From the NCBI GenBank assembly GCA_052388515.1, contig JBQTHZ010000010.1, forward strand, positions 565-64,564: a stretch of DNA of 64,000 nucleotides. The letters run 5' to 3'. The position numbers were made by a program, and so were the translations under genes. Source of the DNA: Chloroflexota bacterium (GTDB taxonomy: Bacteria; Chloroflexota; Limnocylindria; QHBO01). Shown here one piece after another: positions 39,142-47,677 of the stretch (the stretch's first letter is position 1; the number at the start of each line of letters is the position of its first letter). The notes below the pieces were generated by a model, which worked only from the letters and a program-made list of their open reading frames with translations, was not told the DNA's origin and did not search any database.

Positions 39142-40422
39142 ATGGTACGACGCCGACCGGACGCGCACCATGGCCAAGCGATGCGCACGATCATCCACGC
39201 CGATCTCGATGCCTTCTATGCCAGCGTCGAAGTGCTGGATGACCCTTCACTGAGGGGGAAACCCGTCATCGTCGGCGGCCGGCCCGACGAACGCGGGGTG
39301 GTGAGCGCGGCATCGTACGAGGCGCGCCGATACGGCGTTCAGTCCGCGATGCCGTTGCGCACCGCGGGACGGCGCTGCCCGCACGGCGTCTTTCTTCCGG
39401 GCCGGCCCGATCGATACCGCGAGGTGTCACGGCAGGTCATGGCCGTCGTTACCTCCTACACCCCGCTGGTCGAGCCGATCAGCCTGGACGAGGCATTCCT
39501 CGACGTGACCGCCAGCGCTGCGGCGTTCGGTGACGGACCGACCATTGCGCGCCGGATCAAGGAGCGCGTTCGCGACGAGATCGGGCTGGTGGTATCGGTC
39601 GGTGTCGCCACGAACAAGCTGTGCGCCAAGGTCGCCTCCGACCTGCGGAAGCCCGATGCGCTCGTGATCGTGGCGCCCGGCGACGAGGCCGGCTTCCTCG
39701 CACCGCTTCCCATCCGGCGACTCTGGGGTGTCGGGCCACAGGCACAGCAGGCGCTCGGCGACTATGGCGTCTCGACCATCGGCCAGCTGGCAGCCCTGGA
39801 CCCGGCCACGCTCGAGCGTCGCTTTGGACGGCACGGCGCCGCCCTGGCATCTCGGGCTCGCGGCATCGACACGGCCCGGGTGGAGCCGCTGCAGACGCCG
39901 AAGAGCGTCGGACACGAGCACACATACGACGTTGACAGCGCTGATGCCGGCCGGCTCGAGGCAACCCTTCTCGACCTCGCTGAATCGGTCGCCAGCCGCC
40001 TGCGGCGCCATGACCTCGCGGCCGGTGCCGTGCAGCTGAAGCTCCGCTACGAGGGGTTCGAGACGCTGACTCGCCAGGCACCGCTGCCCTACCAGACCCG
40101 CGACACCGACCCACTGTTCGACACGGGCGTCGCGCTGCTGCGTCGCACGCTGGTCGCGGGTCGCGGCGTGCGGCTGATCGGCCTCACGGCGATCTCGCTC
40201 TCCGCCGCGCAGCAGCTCACCCTGTTCGGCGCGCCCGAACGCGAGGACCGCCTGGCGCGCTCCATCGATGCCGTGCGGGAACGATTCGGCGACGGCGCCA
40301 TCACGCGCGCCCGACTGCTCGCCGAACGACCGCACCGACGCTTCGACTTCGGCGAGCGACCGCGAGTGAGCGCCGATGCGTCTGACGCGGGGGTTGACGA
40401 ACCGAACAGGCGTTCGGTATAG
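39142..40422 (+). CDS. dinB: DNA polymerase IV (Y-family translesion polymerase)
   Basis: IIHADLDAFYASVEVLDDPSLRGKPVIVGG and the YEAR.YGV.SAMP motifs of DinB. The alternative start is ATG 39181. The 3' end overlaps the SOS promoter of the downstream gene. Confidence 0.85.
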   Translation: MVRRRPDAHHGQAMRTIIHADLDAFYASVEVLDDPSLRGKPVIVGGRPDERGVVSAASYEARRYGVQSAMPLRTAGRRCPHGVFLPGRPDRYREVSRQVMAVVTSYTPLVEPISLDEAFLDVTASAAAFGDGPTIARRIKERVRDEIGLVVSVGVATNKLCAKVASDLRKPDALVIVAPGDEAGFLAPLPIRRLWGVGPQAQQALGDYGVSTIGQLAALDPATLERRFGRHGAALASRARGIDTARVEPLQTPKSVGHEHTYDVDSADAGRLEATLLDLAESVASRLRRHDLAAGAVQLKLRYEGFETLTRQAPLPYQTRDTDPLFDTGVALLRRTLVAGRGVRLIGLTAISLSAAQQLTLFGAPEREDRLARSIDAVRERFGDGAITRARLLAERPHRRFDFGERPRVSADASDAGVDEPNRRSV

Positions 40423-40450
40423 TCTCCGTCTGAATCGAACGCCTGTTCGA
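40394..40450 (+). promoter_or_regulatory. SOS promoter: -35 TTGACG (40394-40399), 18-nt spacer, -10 TATAGT (40418-40423) with two perfect LexA boxes CGAACAGGCGTTCG (40403-40416) and TCGAACGCCTGTTCGA (40435-40450)
   Basis: Box 1 lies in the spacer and box 2 just after the predicted TSS. The two boxes are reverse complements of each other. An AGGAGCA RBS precedes the downstream ATG at 40488. Confidence 0.75.
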
Positions 40451-40487
40451 GTGCCCGAGCAGGTTCCCCGCACCCAGGAGCAGACAC

Positions 40488-40751
40488 ATGGCACTCGTAC
40501 AGATCTCCCCCATCGAAGCGCACGTCCGCTGGGATCGGCACGCCAAGCGCCCGTCCGAGGTGCGCTGGAACGGTCATCATCTCCGCGTCGTGCAGCTCGA
40601 CGCAGTCCGCGACGAGCGATCCGCCTATCCGGCCGAGCGCGGCCCCCGCGTGACGTTCGTCCTGCGCACCACCGACGGTGGCCGGGCCTCCGTGGTCTAC
40701 GACGGCCGACGCAGGCGCTGGTTCCTGGAGGCAGTCGAGCGCGCCGCCTGA
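40488..40751 (+). CDS. small SOS-regulated protein of unknown function (87 aa, Arg-rich, no TM)
   Basis: Good RBS (AGGAGCA, 7-nt spacing) and a promoter with a double LexA operator. Followed by a perfect 8-bp hairpin terminator. No family recognised. Confidence 0.6.
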   Translation: MALVQISPIEAHVRWDRHAKRPSEVRWNGHHLRVVQLDAVRDERSAYPAERGPRVTFVLRTTDGGRASVVYDGRRRRWFLEAVERAA

Positions 40752-40774
40752 TCCGGCCCGCGACGCGCTTACAA

Positions 40775-40796
40775 TCGGCCCGGCGTCGTCCGGGCC
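40775..40796 (+). terminator. stem-loop CGGCCCGG-cgtcgt-CCGGGCCG after the small SOS ORF
   Basis: A perfect 8-bp GC stem 24 nt after the stop. No strong U-tract follows, as is common in high-GC genomes. Confidence 0.5.
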
Positions 40797-40839
40797 GATT
40801 CGCGCATCCGGCGGCCACCGCACCGAGGAACCGCCGCCG

Positions 40840-41478
40840 ATGGATACGCGCATCCCCGAGATGACCGTTCGCACGCTGGTCGAGCGCCTGGCGACCAGTG
40901 ATCCGGCACCGGGCGGGGGCAGCGCGGCCGCCGTGGCCGGCGCGATGGGGGCAGCGCTCGTCCAGATGGTCGTCGAGCTCACCATCGGCAGGCCCGCAGC
41001 GGAAGGTCATGAGGAGACGCTGGCGCAGATCCGGACGGCCGCCGCGGCATGGCAGTCGGAGCTGATCAACCTCGCGGAGCTCGACGCGAACGCCTATGAC
41101 GCGGTGGTCCGCGCCCGGCGGCTGCCGCGGGACTCCGAGCTCGCGCGAAACGCCCGGAGCGTCCAGGTCGATGGCGCTGTGCGCGAGGCGACACGAATTC
41201 CACTCGCCACCGCCCAGGCGGCCTCGGCGGTGCTCGATCTCGCCGAGCAGGCCGCGCCGATCGGCAACCGTCATGCAATCAGCGACGTGGGTGTGGCCGG
41301 GCTGCTTGCCGTATCTGCGCTGCGCGGAGCCGCGCTGAACGTCCAGATCAACCTGCCCTATCTCACCTCTGACGAGGGCCTGCGCAACGAAGCGGCCGCC
41401 GAGATCGGCAGCCTCCTTGCGAACGCGGACGAGCGAGACATGGCGGTCCGACGCGCAGTCGCGGAGCGTTTTCGGTGA
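40840..41478 (+). CDS. formiminotetrahydrofolate cyclodeaminase / methenyl-THF cyclohydrolase domain protein (FTCD_C family)
   Basis: ~212 aa with TLVERLATSDPAPGGGSAAAVAGAMGAALVQMV, the hallmark start of the FTCD C-terminal cyclodeaminase domain. GAGGAA RBS. The stop overlaps the folD GTG start. Confidence 0.75.
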   Translation: MDTRIPEMTVRTLVERLATSDPAPGGGSAAAVAGAMGAALVQMVVELTIGRPAAEGHEETLAQIRTAAAAWQSELINLAELDANAYDAVVRARRLPRDSELARNARSVQVDGAVREATRIPLATAQAASAVLDLAEQAAPIGNRHAISDVGVAGLLAVSALRGAALNVQINLPYLTSDEGLRNEAAAEIGSLLANADERDMAVRRAVAERFR

Positions 41479-42326
41479 CCGCTCGCCGGCTGGACGGGCG
41501 GGACCTCGCCTCCCATCTGCGGCGTGACCTTGAGCACCGCGTCGAGCGGCTGACGGATGGTGACCCCGACGCTTCGCCACGGCTCGCCATCCTCCGATCC
41601 GGATCGAGCGAAGCGGCGGCGCTCTATGCCGCCAGCCTGGAACGTGTCGCGCGGAGCGTTGGCGTGGCGCCGCTGCTCATGGCCGACGCTGCGGAATCGT
41701 TGCTGAAGGTCATCGGTCGCCTCAACGAGGATCCGCACGTGGCCGGCATCGTCGTCGCCCAGCCCCTCTCCGACGCGGCGCACGGCCGGCGCCTGGTCGA
41801 GCAGATCGACCCGGCGAAAGACGTCGACGGTGCGACGCCGACGAACGCGGGGTGGTTGGCGCGCGGGGAGCCGGCCTTCGTGCCGGCGACGGCGCTGGCC
41901 GTGATCGCCATCCTGGAGGCCTACGGCATCCCGCTCAGCGGCCGGCGCGCGGTGATCATCGGCCGCTCGGCGGTGGTCGGACGACCGGTTGCGTCATTGC
42001 TGGTCGCTCGCGACGCAACCGTGGTGATCTGTCACCGCTCGACGCGAAACCTCGCCCGCGAGACGCGGCGTGCCGAGATCCTGGTCGCCGCGGCCGGCGT
42101 CCCGGGCCTCGTGCGACCAGAGATGGTGAACCGTTCGTCAGTGATCATCGACTGTGGAATCAATGCCGTCGAGGCAGGGATCGTGGGAGACGTCGACTTC
42201 GCCACGGTTGCGCCGGTGGTTCGGGCCATCAGCCCGGTGCCGGGTGGAGTCGGCCCGGTGACTCCGATGATGGTCCTGCGTCAGACGGTGGAGTCTGCCG
42301 AACGAGCTGCGTCAGCGCGCCAGTAG
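41475..42326 (+). CDS. folD: bifunctional methylenetetrahydrofolate dehydrogenase / methenyl-THF cyclohydrolase
   Basis: 283 aa with a GTG start, Rossmann GRS.VVGRPVA and a PGGVGPVT C-terminal motif. Confidence 0.9.
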   Translation: MTARRLDGRDLASHLRRDLEHRVERLTDGDPDASPRLAILRSGSSEAAALYAASLERVARSVGVAPLLMADAAESLLKVIGRLNEDPHVAGIVVAQPLSDAAHGRRLVEQIDPAKDVDGATPTNAGWLARGEPAFVPATALAVIAILEAYGIPLSGRRAVIIGRSAVVGRPVASLLVARDATVVICHRSTRNLARETRRAEILVAAAGVPGLVRPEMVNRSSVIIDCGINAVEAGIVGDVDFATVAPVVRAISPVPGGVGPVTPMMVLRQTVESAERAASARQ

Positions 42327-42603
42327 GGATCGTTCAGCACGCCTCGCGCGTACGGGGAGAGCTCGGCCAGCGTCATGACGCTCGAATCATCGCGCGAACC
42401 TCGACGTGCATACAGCGACCGCAGCAGGCAGAGCCGCTCGAATCGTTGACGGTGTTCGTACGTGGCGGGCGTGTTCATCTCTGCATATTCCCCTGCACGA
42501 CTGGCATCGCCTATCTGGCCGGTTACGGCGCCCAGGTCGGCGTCCGGACAAGCGTCCTGGATGCCCCGCTGGCCCATGTCGGCAAGATGTCATGGCATGG
42601 GTC

Positions 42604-42629
42604 AAATGACGGACGCGCTGACGTCATTT
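42604..42629. promoter_or_regulatory. inverted repeat AAATGACG-N10-CGTCATTT upstream of the 42793 gene
   Basis: An 8-bp perfect arm palindrome in a lower-GC stretch ~165 nt upstream of the ATG. Candidate operator. Confidence 0.3.
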
Positions 42630-42792
42630 GGCGGATGACAATGACCACCTCGCCAAGGCCCATCGTGGGCAACAACGTGACACGACCGAGCGATGTTCGC
42701 ACTCCATCGGCCCGGTCTCGACGTCAACGGCACTCGGCTGCCCGCCGATCGCCCCGAGACGGTCGGCTCAGCCAATCGAAGAGGAGACCCAC

Positions 42793-43770
42793 ATGACTGA
42801 CCGGGAATTCGTCATTGAGCTTGAGGACGAGGCCGAAGGCCACTCCGGCCGAGGCATCGTCGAGACCGACGACGCCGCATGGCTGGAGCAGAAGCTCCGA
42901 AGCGACAGCGGCACCAAGCGGCTGCGCGTACTGCCCGACGATCGCGATGACACCGAGGGCCACGTCAGCGACATCCTCGTTCAGGTCATCCTCGAGGACG
43001 AGGACGACACCGAGGGCCACGCGATCGCGATCCACTTCCCGTCGCGTGCGGAGGCCGACGCCTTCCGCAGGCGCCTTCTGGTGACGGGCGTGCTCGTCGG
43101 CACGGTGGCGCTCGGCGCGGCTGGTGGCGTGGGGCTGTCGGCACTGCAGACCGGCGGAGATGCCACCGGGGCGAACGCCGCGGCGATCCAGGCCGACGCG
43201 AACTACCAGGCGGCTGCCGCCGCCGAGGCGGAGCGTCAGGGGGCGGCCGGCGCGGCGCTTCAGGCACAGGCCAATTATGAGGACGCCTCCGCGGCCGTCG
43301 CGGAGCGCCAGGCAGGTTCCGGTGCTGCGGCTCAGACCGGACCGCTGGACGCCCACGAGGCGCCGGCGTTCGAGGGCACGAACCTCAGCGCTGCCGACCA
43401 GGCATACGCCGATCGGCTCAGCGGACAGGCTGCAGGGACCCAGGTCGGACCGCTGGACGCCCACGAGGCGCCGGCGTTTCAGCAGTCGGCATCCTCGACG
43501 GATGCCGATCGCGACATCGGCATCATGGACGGCTCCGGTGCGAATGCGGCGACGCAGGTCGGACCGATGGACGCCCACGAGGCCCCCGCGTTTCAGCAGT
43601 CGGCAACCTCGACGGATGCCGATCGCGACATCGGCATCATGGACAGCTCCGGTGCGGATGCGGCGACGCAGGTCGGACCGATGGACGCCCACGAGGCGCC
43701 CGCCTTCCAGTCATCGACCACCGACGACGGCGAGAAGGTGCGCGGTACCGGTGGCCCGACGCCGCGGTGA
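42793..43770 (+). CDS. hypothetical membrane-anchored protein with DDTEGH pair and four tandem ~40-aa repeats (QVGP[LM]DAHEAPAFQQS..TDADRDIGIMD)
   Basis: GAGGAG RBS. An acidic N-domain with two DDTEGH motifs, then one TM segment, then 4 near-identical repeats encoded by ~120-bp DNA tandem repeats. Confidence 0.55.
   Translation: MTDREFVIELEDEAEGHSGRGIVETDDAAWLEQKLRSDSGTKRLRVLPDDRDDTEGHVSDILVQVILEDEDDTEGHAIAIHFPSRAEADAFRRRLLVTGVLVGTVALGAAGGVGLSALQTGGDATGANAAAIQADANYQAAAAAEAERQGAAGAALQAQANYEDASAAVAERQAGSGAAAQTGPLDAHEAPAFEGTNLSAADQAYADRLSGQAAGTQVGPLDAHEAPAFQQSASSTDADRDIGIMDGSGANAATQVGPMDAHEAPAFQQSATSTDADRDIGIMDSSGADAATQVGPMDAHEAPAFQSSTTDDGEKVRGTGGPTPR
43330..43730 (+). repeat. ~120-bp tandem DNA repeats (3-4 copies) inside the 42793-43770 CDS
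   Basis: Near-identical units ...gcgacgcaggtcggaccgatggacgcccacgaggcScccgcSttYcag... Boundaries are approximate. Confidence 0.6.
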
Positions 43771-43843
43771 TGGCGCCGTGATGGACAGAGCGAACCGGAG
43801 GCCGGTCATTCCGGCCTCGGGTTCACCTATCTAGGAATGTCGT

Positions 43844-44838
43844 CTAGGGATTTGTCGCCAGCATCTCCTCGATCGGCACGGATCCATCGATGAAGCCGAG
43901 GCGAACCATCGTCTCGTAGCCCACTGCCCACGTCTCCTCGTCGATGGCACCATCGGCGAATCCATCGCCCTCCCAGAGCGCCACGGTGGCATCCAGGACG
44001 GAGCGCGCCACCTCGGGATCTTCGGCGATGGTCGGAACCGATGCCTCCGCCGCGGTGAAGCCGAGATCCGGATCGGCGATGACCGCCGCCTGCGCGGCCG
44101 CGGTTGCCTCGACGAATGCCCGGACCAGCTCAGGGTCCGCGGCCAGCAGGTCGTCACCCACGATCATCCCCGGCCCCGGGAGCGGAGCCACCTCGTCCAC
44201 GGTGAGGAGACCAACCTCCGTCCCGCGCGCCTGCAGCCGCAGGGGCTCATTGTTCCGGAATCCGGTGATCAGGCGGACGTCACCATTCGAGAGGCCGTCG
44301 ACCTGGTTGAACTGCGGGTACTCGCGGATCTCGACGTCATCCTCGCTCAGTCCGCCGGCCTCGAGCAGCGCGAGCAGCGCGTGCCAGGACGACCCGAACT
44401 TCCCCGGCGTGCCGATCGACATGCCGGCCAGGCCAGCCGGATCGGTCGGAATATCCGCGGCCTCGCCGATGACCGCGACGGGGAAACTCTGGTACAGCGT
44501 CGAGACATAGCGGATCGGGATGCCGGATGTCCGCGCGATCATCACATCGGTCGCATCGGCAACACCGAACTCGGCCTGGCCATCGGCGACGAGACGCTGG
44601 ACGTCCGGCGCCGGATGATGCTCGATGCTGACATCGAGACCAGCATCGGCGTAGAACCCCTCGCGCTGGGCGACGTAGAACGGCGCGAACTGGACGTCCG
44701 GGCGATACCCGAGAGCGAGCGTGACGGTCCGGAGCTCGTCGGAGACGCCGGCGGAGCCGGGCGACTGGCCGCAGGCGGCCAGGAGAAGGGCGAGGGACGC
44801 GATGAGGATGCGCGACGGAGGCATCGGTCTTCCTTTCA
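43844..44838 (-). CDS. ABC transporter substrate-binding lipoprotein (NMT1/THI5-like; SsuA/TauA/ThiY-type)
   Basis: Lipobox LLLAACGQ and a class-II SBP fold resembling sulfonate/nitrate/HMP binders. The start is either ATG 44838 or 44823 (an AAGGAAG RBS favours 44823). Confidence 0.8.
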
Positions 44839-45576
44839 TTGGCTGAGGACGCGCCGTTCGACGAAGACGACCAGCCCGTAGAAAGCGAGGCCGACGATCG
44901 CGAGCATGGCGAGCGCGACGAACATGAGTGGGGTGTCGAAGAGCCCCTGGTTGGCGATGTTGATGAGCACGCCGAGCCCGATCGAGGCACCCGCCCATTC
45001 GGCGACCACCGCGCCGATGACGGCCAGCGTCACGCCGACGCGCAGGCCGCCGAAGATGACCGGGAGGGCGGACGGGATCTCCAGCACACGGGTGCGCTGC
45101 GGTGTCGTGGCGCCCAGGCTGCGAAGCATCTCGGTCAGCAACGGGTCGGTGGAGCGGATCCCGACCATGGTGGCGATGGCGATCGGGAAGAAGACGATGA
45201 GCGCACAGATGACGACGCGCGCCAGCAACCCGCCGCCGAACCAGATGTCGAGGAGCGGCGCCAGCGCCAGGATCGGGACCGCCTGCGCGGCCACGATGTA
45301 GGGCGACAGGACCCGCTCGATGAGCACGCTCTTGCCGAGCGCGATCCCTGTCAGCACGGCCGTCGTGGCGCCGACCGCGAAGCCGAGCACGATCTCGAGC
45401 AGTGTCACGACGGTGTGCTCCCACAGGATGCCGGAGCCGATCGCGCGCCAGGCGCGCTCGCCGACGACCTCTGGCGCGGGCAGGATGTACTCCGGGTACC
45501 CGCCGATGACAGTCGCCAGCTTCCAGATCACGATGAACGCCCCAAGGCTGAGCAGCGCGGCGGCGATGCGTTTCAC
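44836..45576 (-). CDS. ABC transporter permease (binding-protein-dependent, SsuC/TauC-like)
   Basis: ~246 aa with 6 TM and an EAA-like loop (LRSLGATTPQRTRVLEIP). A GTG start overlaps the ATPase stop (GTGA). The longer ORF N-terminus is junk. Confidence 0.85.
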   Translation of the reverse strand: MKRIAAALLSLGAFIVIWKLATVIGGYPEYILPAPEVVGERAWRAIGSGILWEHTVVTLLEIVLGFAVGATTAVLTGIALGKSVLIERVLSPYIVAAQAVPILALAPLLDIWFGGGLLARVVICALIVFFPIAIATMVGIRSTDPLLTEMLRSLGATTPQRTRVLEIPSALPVIFGGLRVGVTLAVIGAVVAEWAGASIGLGVLINIANQGLFDTPLMFVALAMLAIVGLAFYGLVVFVERRVLSQ

Positions 45577-46400
45577 GCGGCCCCCTCCTGCTCCGCCCAC
45601 GGCCGCAGCTCGAGCGCGTGCACCGAGAGGAGCGCATCCCGCACCTCGGCGGCCAGCTCGGCAGCGCGTGGGTGACCCAGTAATTCGGTGGGTCGCGGGC
45701 GAGGCAGATCCACGTCCACGATGCGCGCCACGCGGCCCGGCCGCGGTGTCATGACGACCACCCGGTCGCCGAGGGCGATCGCCTCGCTGACGCTGTGGGT
45801 GACGAGGACCACCGTCCGGCGCTGGTCCAGCCACAGCCGCTGCAGCTCGCCGTCGAACGTCTCCCTGGTCAGGGCGTCGAGCGCGCTGAACGGCTCGTCG
45901 AGCAGGAGCACTGGCGGGTCGCCGATGAGCGCCCGGGCCAGCGCGGCGCGCTGCGCCATTCCACCCGAGAGCTCCCGCGGCAACAGGCTCGCGGCACCCG
46001 CGAGGCCGAGCCGGTCGAGGGCGCGTGCCGCGCGCTTGCGCCGCTCGCCCGACGGAGCGCCGGACAGCTCGAGCGGAAGGGCGACATTCTCGAGCGTCGA
46101 GCGCCACGGCACCAGCCTCGGCTGCTGGAAGGCGAGTCCGACCCTCCCGTCACCTGGCAGCGGTGCTCGCCCATCCACCGAGACGGCACCCGTCGTCGGC
46201 GAGAGCAGGCCGGCCACGAGCCTCAGCAGGGTGCTCTTGCCGCATCCGTTCGGCCCGATGATGACCGTGAATGAGCCGGCCTCGATCTCCAGGCTGCAGC
46301 CGGACAGGGCCTCGACGCCGCCGCCCCGCGCGCCGAAGCGCACGCCGACGTCGTCGATCCTGACGTCGAGGCCGGCGAGTGCGGTCGGCTGCAAGCTCAT
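45573..46400 (-). CDS. ABC transporter ATP-binding protein
   Basis: Walker A GPNGCGKST, signature LSGGMAQR and Walker B LLLDEP. Confidence 0.9.
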   Translation of the reverse strand: MSLQPTALAGLDVRIDDVGVRFGARGGGVEALSGCSLEIEAGSFTVIIGPNGCGKSTLLRLVAGLLSPTTGAVSVDGRAPLPGDGRVGLAFQQPRLVPWRSTLENVALPLELSGAPSGERRKRAARALDRLGLAGAASLLPRELSGGMAQRAALARALIGDPPVLLLDEPFSALDALTRETFDGELQRLWLDQRRTVVLVTHSVSEAIALGDRVVVMTPRPGRVARIVDVDLPRPRPTELLGHPRAAELAAEVRDALLSVHALELRPWAEQEGAA

Positions 46401-46996
46401 CGTGCTCCCGTGCTGGCGTTGTCATCGCGCACGGGGCATCGCCACCGCCTCCGCCGAGGCGCGGCGGAGTGCGTGGCCGTCTTCTCCCTTCCGGACTGTG
46501 ACCGTCGGCCCTGTCTACCCCGGCGCTGCGCCGGGGGTCAGGTCAGCCGCATCAATGCCTGATCGATGCGGTTCGCGGGCTGGCTCGGTCTCGAGCCGAC
46601 CGCCGGTGGGGACTTTCACCCCGCCCCGAAGACGATGGATGGTTCGATTGGCCCGATCGTGGCACGCGCCGCGGTGGCGGTCAACTCCCTGCCGCCGTTC
46701 GTCGTGCATCAGTTTGGGGTACGACGCCCGACCGCCACAACCACCGGAACACGAGCGAGGCTGCTGCGACGCCGAGTGCGGTCGGGGTGCTCGGGACCGG
46801 CAGTACCTCGCGTTCCATCGAGGCCACAGCGCCGGAGGTCGATGGGAGGCGCGACTCTCGCGATTCACGACCACGGCACGCGCCTGACCTGCGCCCGGGG
46901 GCGGGGGCTTACGCGTGGTGGTTTCGCCAGACCGCGAGAATCGCGCCCGAGACGGACCTCGGGCGTCCAGGTCTACATAGATCGCGACGCGGACGG

Positions 46997-47650
46997 TCAG
47001 GCCATCGAAGAGTGTCGGCGACGGCGTCTGCCCCACCACCATCGGCCGACGAAGAGCACGACCAACCCGATGACGACGGCGTAGATCACGTACTCGTATG
47101 GCTTCATGGCCGCTGAGATCTCGGGATAGTTGTCGCCGACAACAAGGCCGGCATAGATGAGGGCCGCGTTCCATGGCAGGGATCCGAGGGTGCTGAAGAG
47201 GACGAACCGCCCCAGCGGCATGCGGGCGATGCCGGCTGGATAGCTGACGAAGGTGCGCACCAGCGGCACCATGCGGCCGAGGAAGACTGCCCACGATCCC
47301 CAGCGCTCGAACCATCGGTCCGCCAGGTCGAGGTCGGACGCGCCGATGCCGACGTAGCGGCCGTATCGGTCCAAAATCGGTCGGCCGCCCCAGGCGCCGA
47401 TCGCGTAGCCCACCAGCGCGCCGACGATGCTTCCCACCGTCGCGAGCGTCACCGCCAGCGGGATGTTCCACGGGAGACCGGTCAACGGCTCGACGACGGA
47501 TGGATCAGCGACCGATTGGCTCACCTTCCAGCCGGCCATCGGCAGGATCACCTCGGACGGGATGGGTGCCACGATCGTCTCGAGCGCAACGGCCGCGGCT
47601 ACGCCCACGTACCCGACCGCGTCGTACATCTGGAGGATGAACGGGATCAC
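46997..47650 (-). CDS. DedA/VTT-domain family membrane protein
   Basis: 217 aa with the conserved DedA region (E.IV.PIPSEVILPMAG...FLGRM.P.VRTFVS.PAG). Confidence 0.8.
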   Translation of the reverse strand: MIPFILQMYDAVGYVGVAAAVALETIVAPIPSEVILPMAGWKVSQSVADPSVVEPLTGLPWNIPLAVTLATVGSIVGALVGYAIGAWGGRPILDRYGRYVGIGASDLDLADRWFERWGSWAVFLGRMVPLVRTFVSYPAGIARMPLGRFVLFSTLGSLPWNAALIYAGLVVGDNYPEISAAMKPYEYVIYAVVIGLVVLFVGRWWWGRRRRRHSSMA

Positions 47651-47677
47651 CTCGTGGTCGATGAAGTCGAGCAGTGC

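Noticed and set aside
40752-40840. ZTP (pfl) riboswitch in front of the cyclodeaminase-folD pair
   Set aside because: ZTP riboswitches commonly precede folD and purH in high-GC Gram-positives. The GGGUCGUGAC...CCGCCUGGGC pseudoknot signature is not present. The region is better explained by the terminator hairpin of the small SOS gene plus a GAGGAA RBS.
42308-42577. Small ORF (minus strand; MNTPATYEHRQRFERLCLLRSLYARRGSRDDSSVMTLAELSPYARGVLNDPYWRA) downstream of folD
   Set aside because: It partly overlaps the folD 3' end convergently, has no RBS I could recognise and no family similarity. It is possibly real, but the evidence is insufficient to list it as a feature.
46401-46700. TPP (THI-box) riboswitch upstream of the NMT1/THI5-like ABC transporter
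   Set aside because: An NMT1/THI5-type binding protein made TPP control attractive. The leader lacks the CUGAGA and ACCUGAUCUGGAUAAUGCCAGCG core; only loose fragments (GAUCAGGCAUUGAUGC) are present. I reported it only as an unclassified or cobalamin-like candidate.
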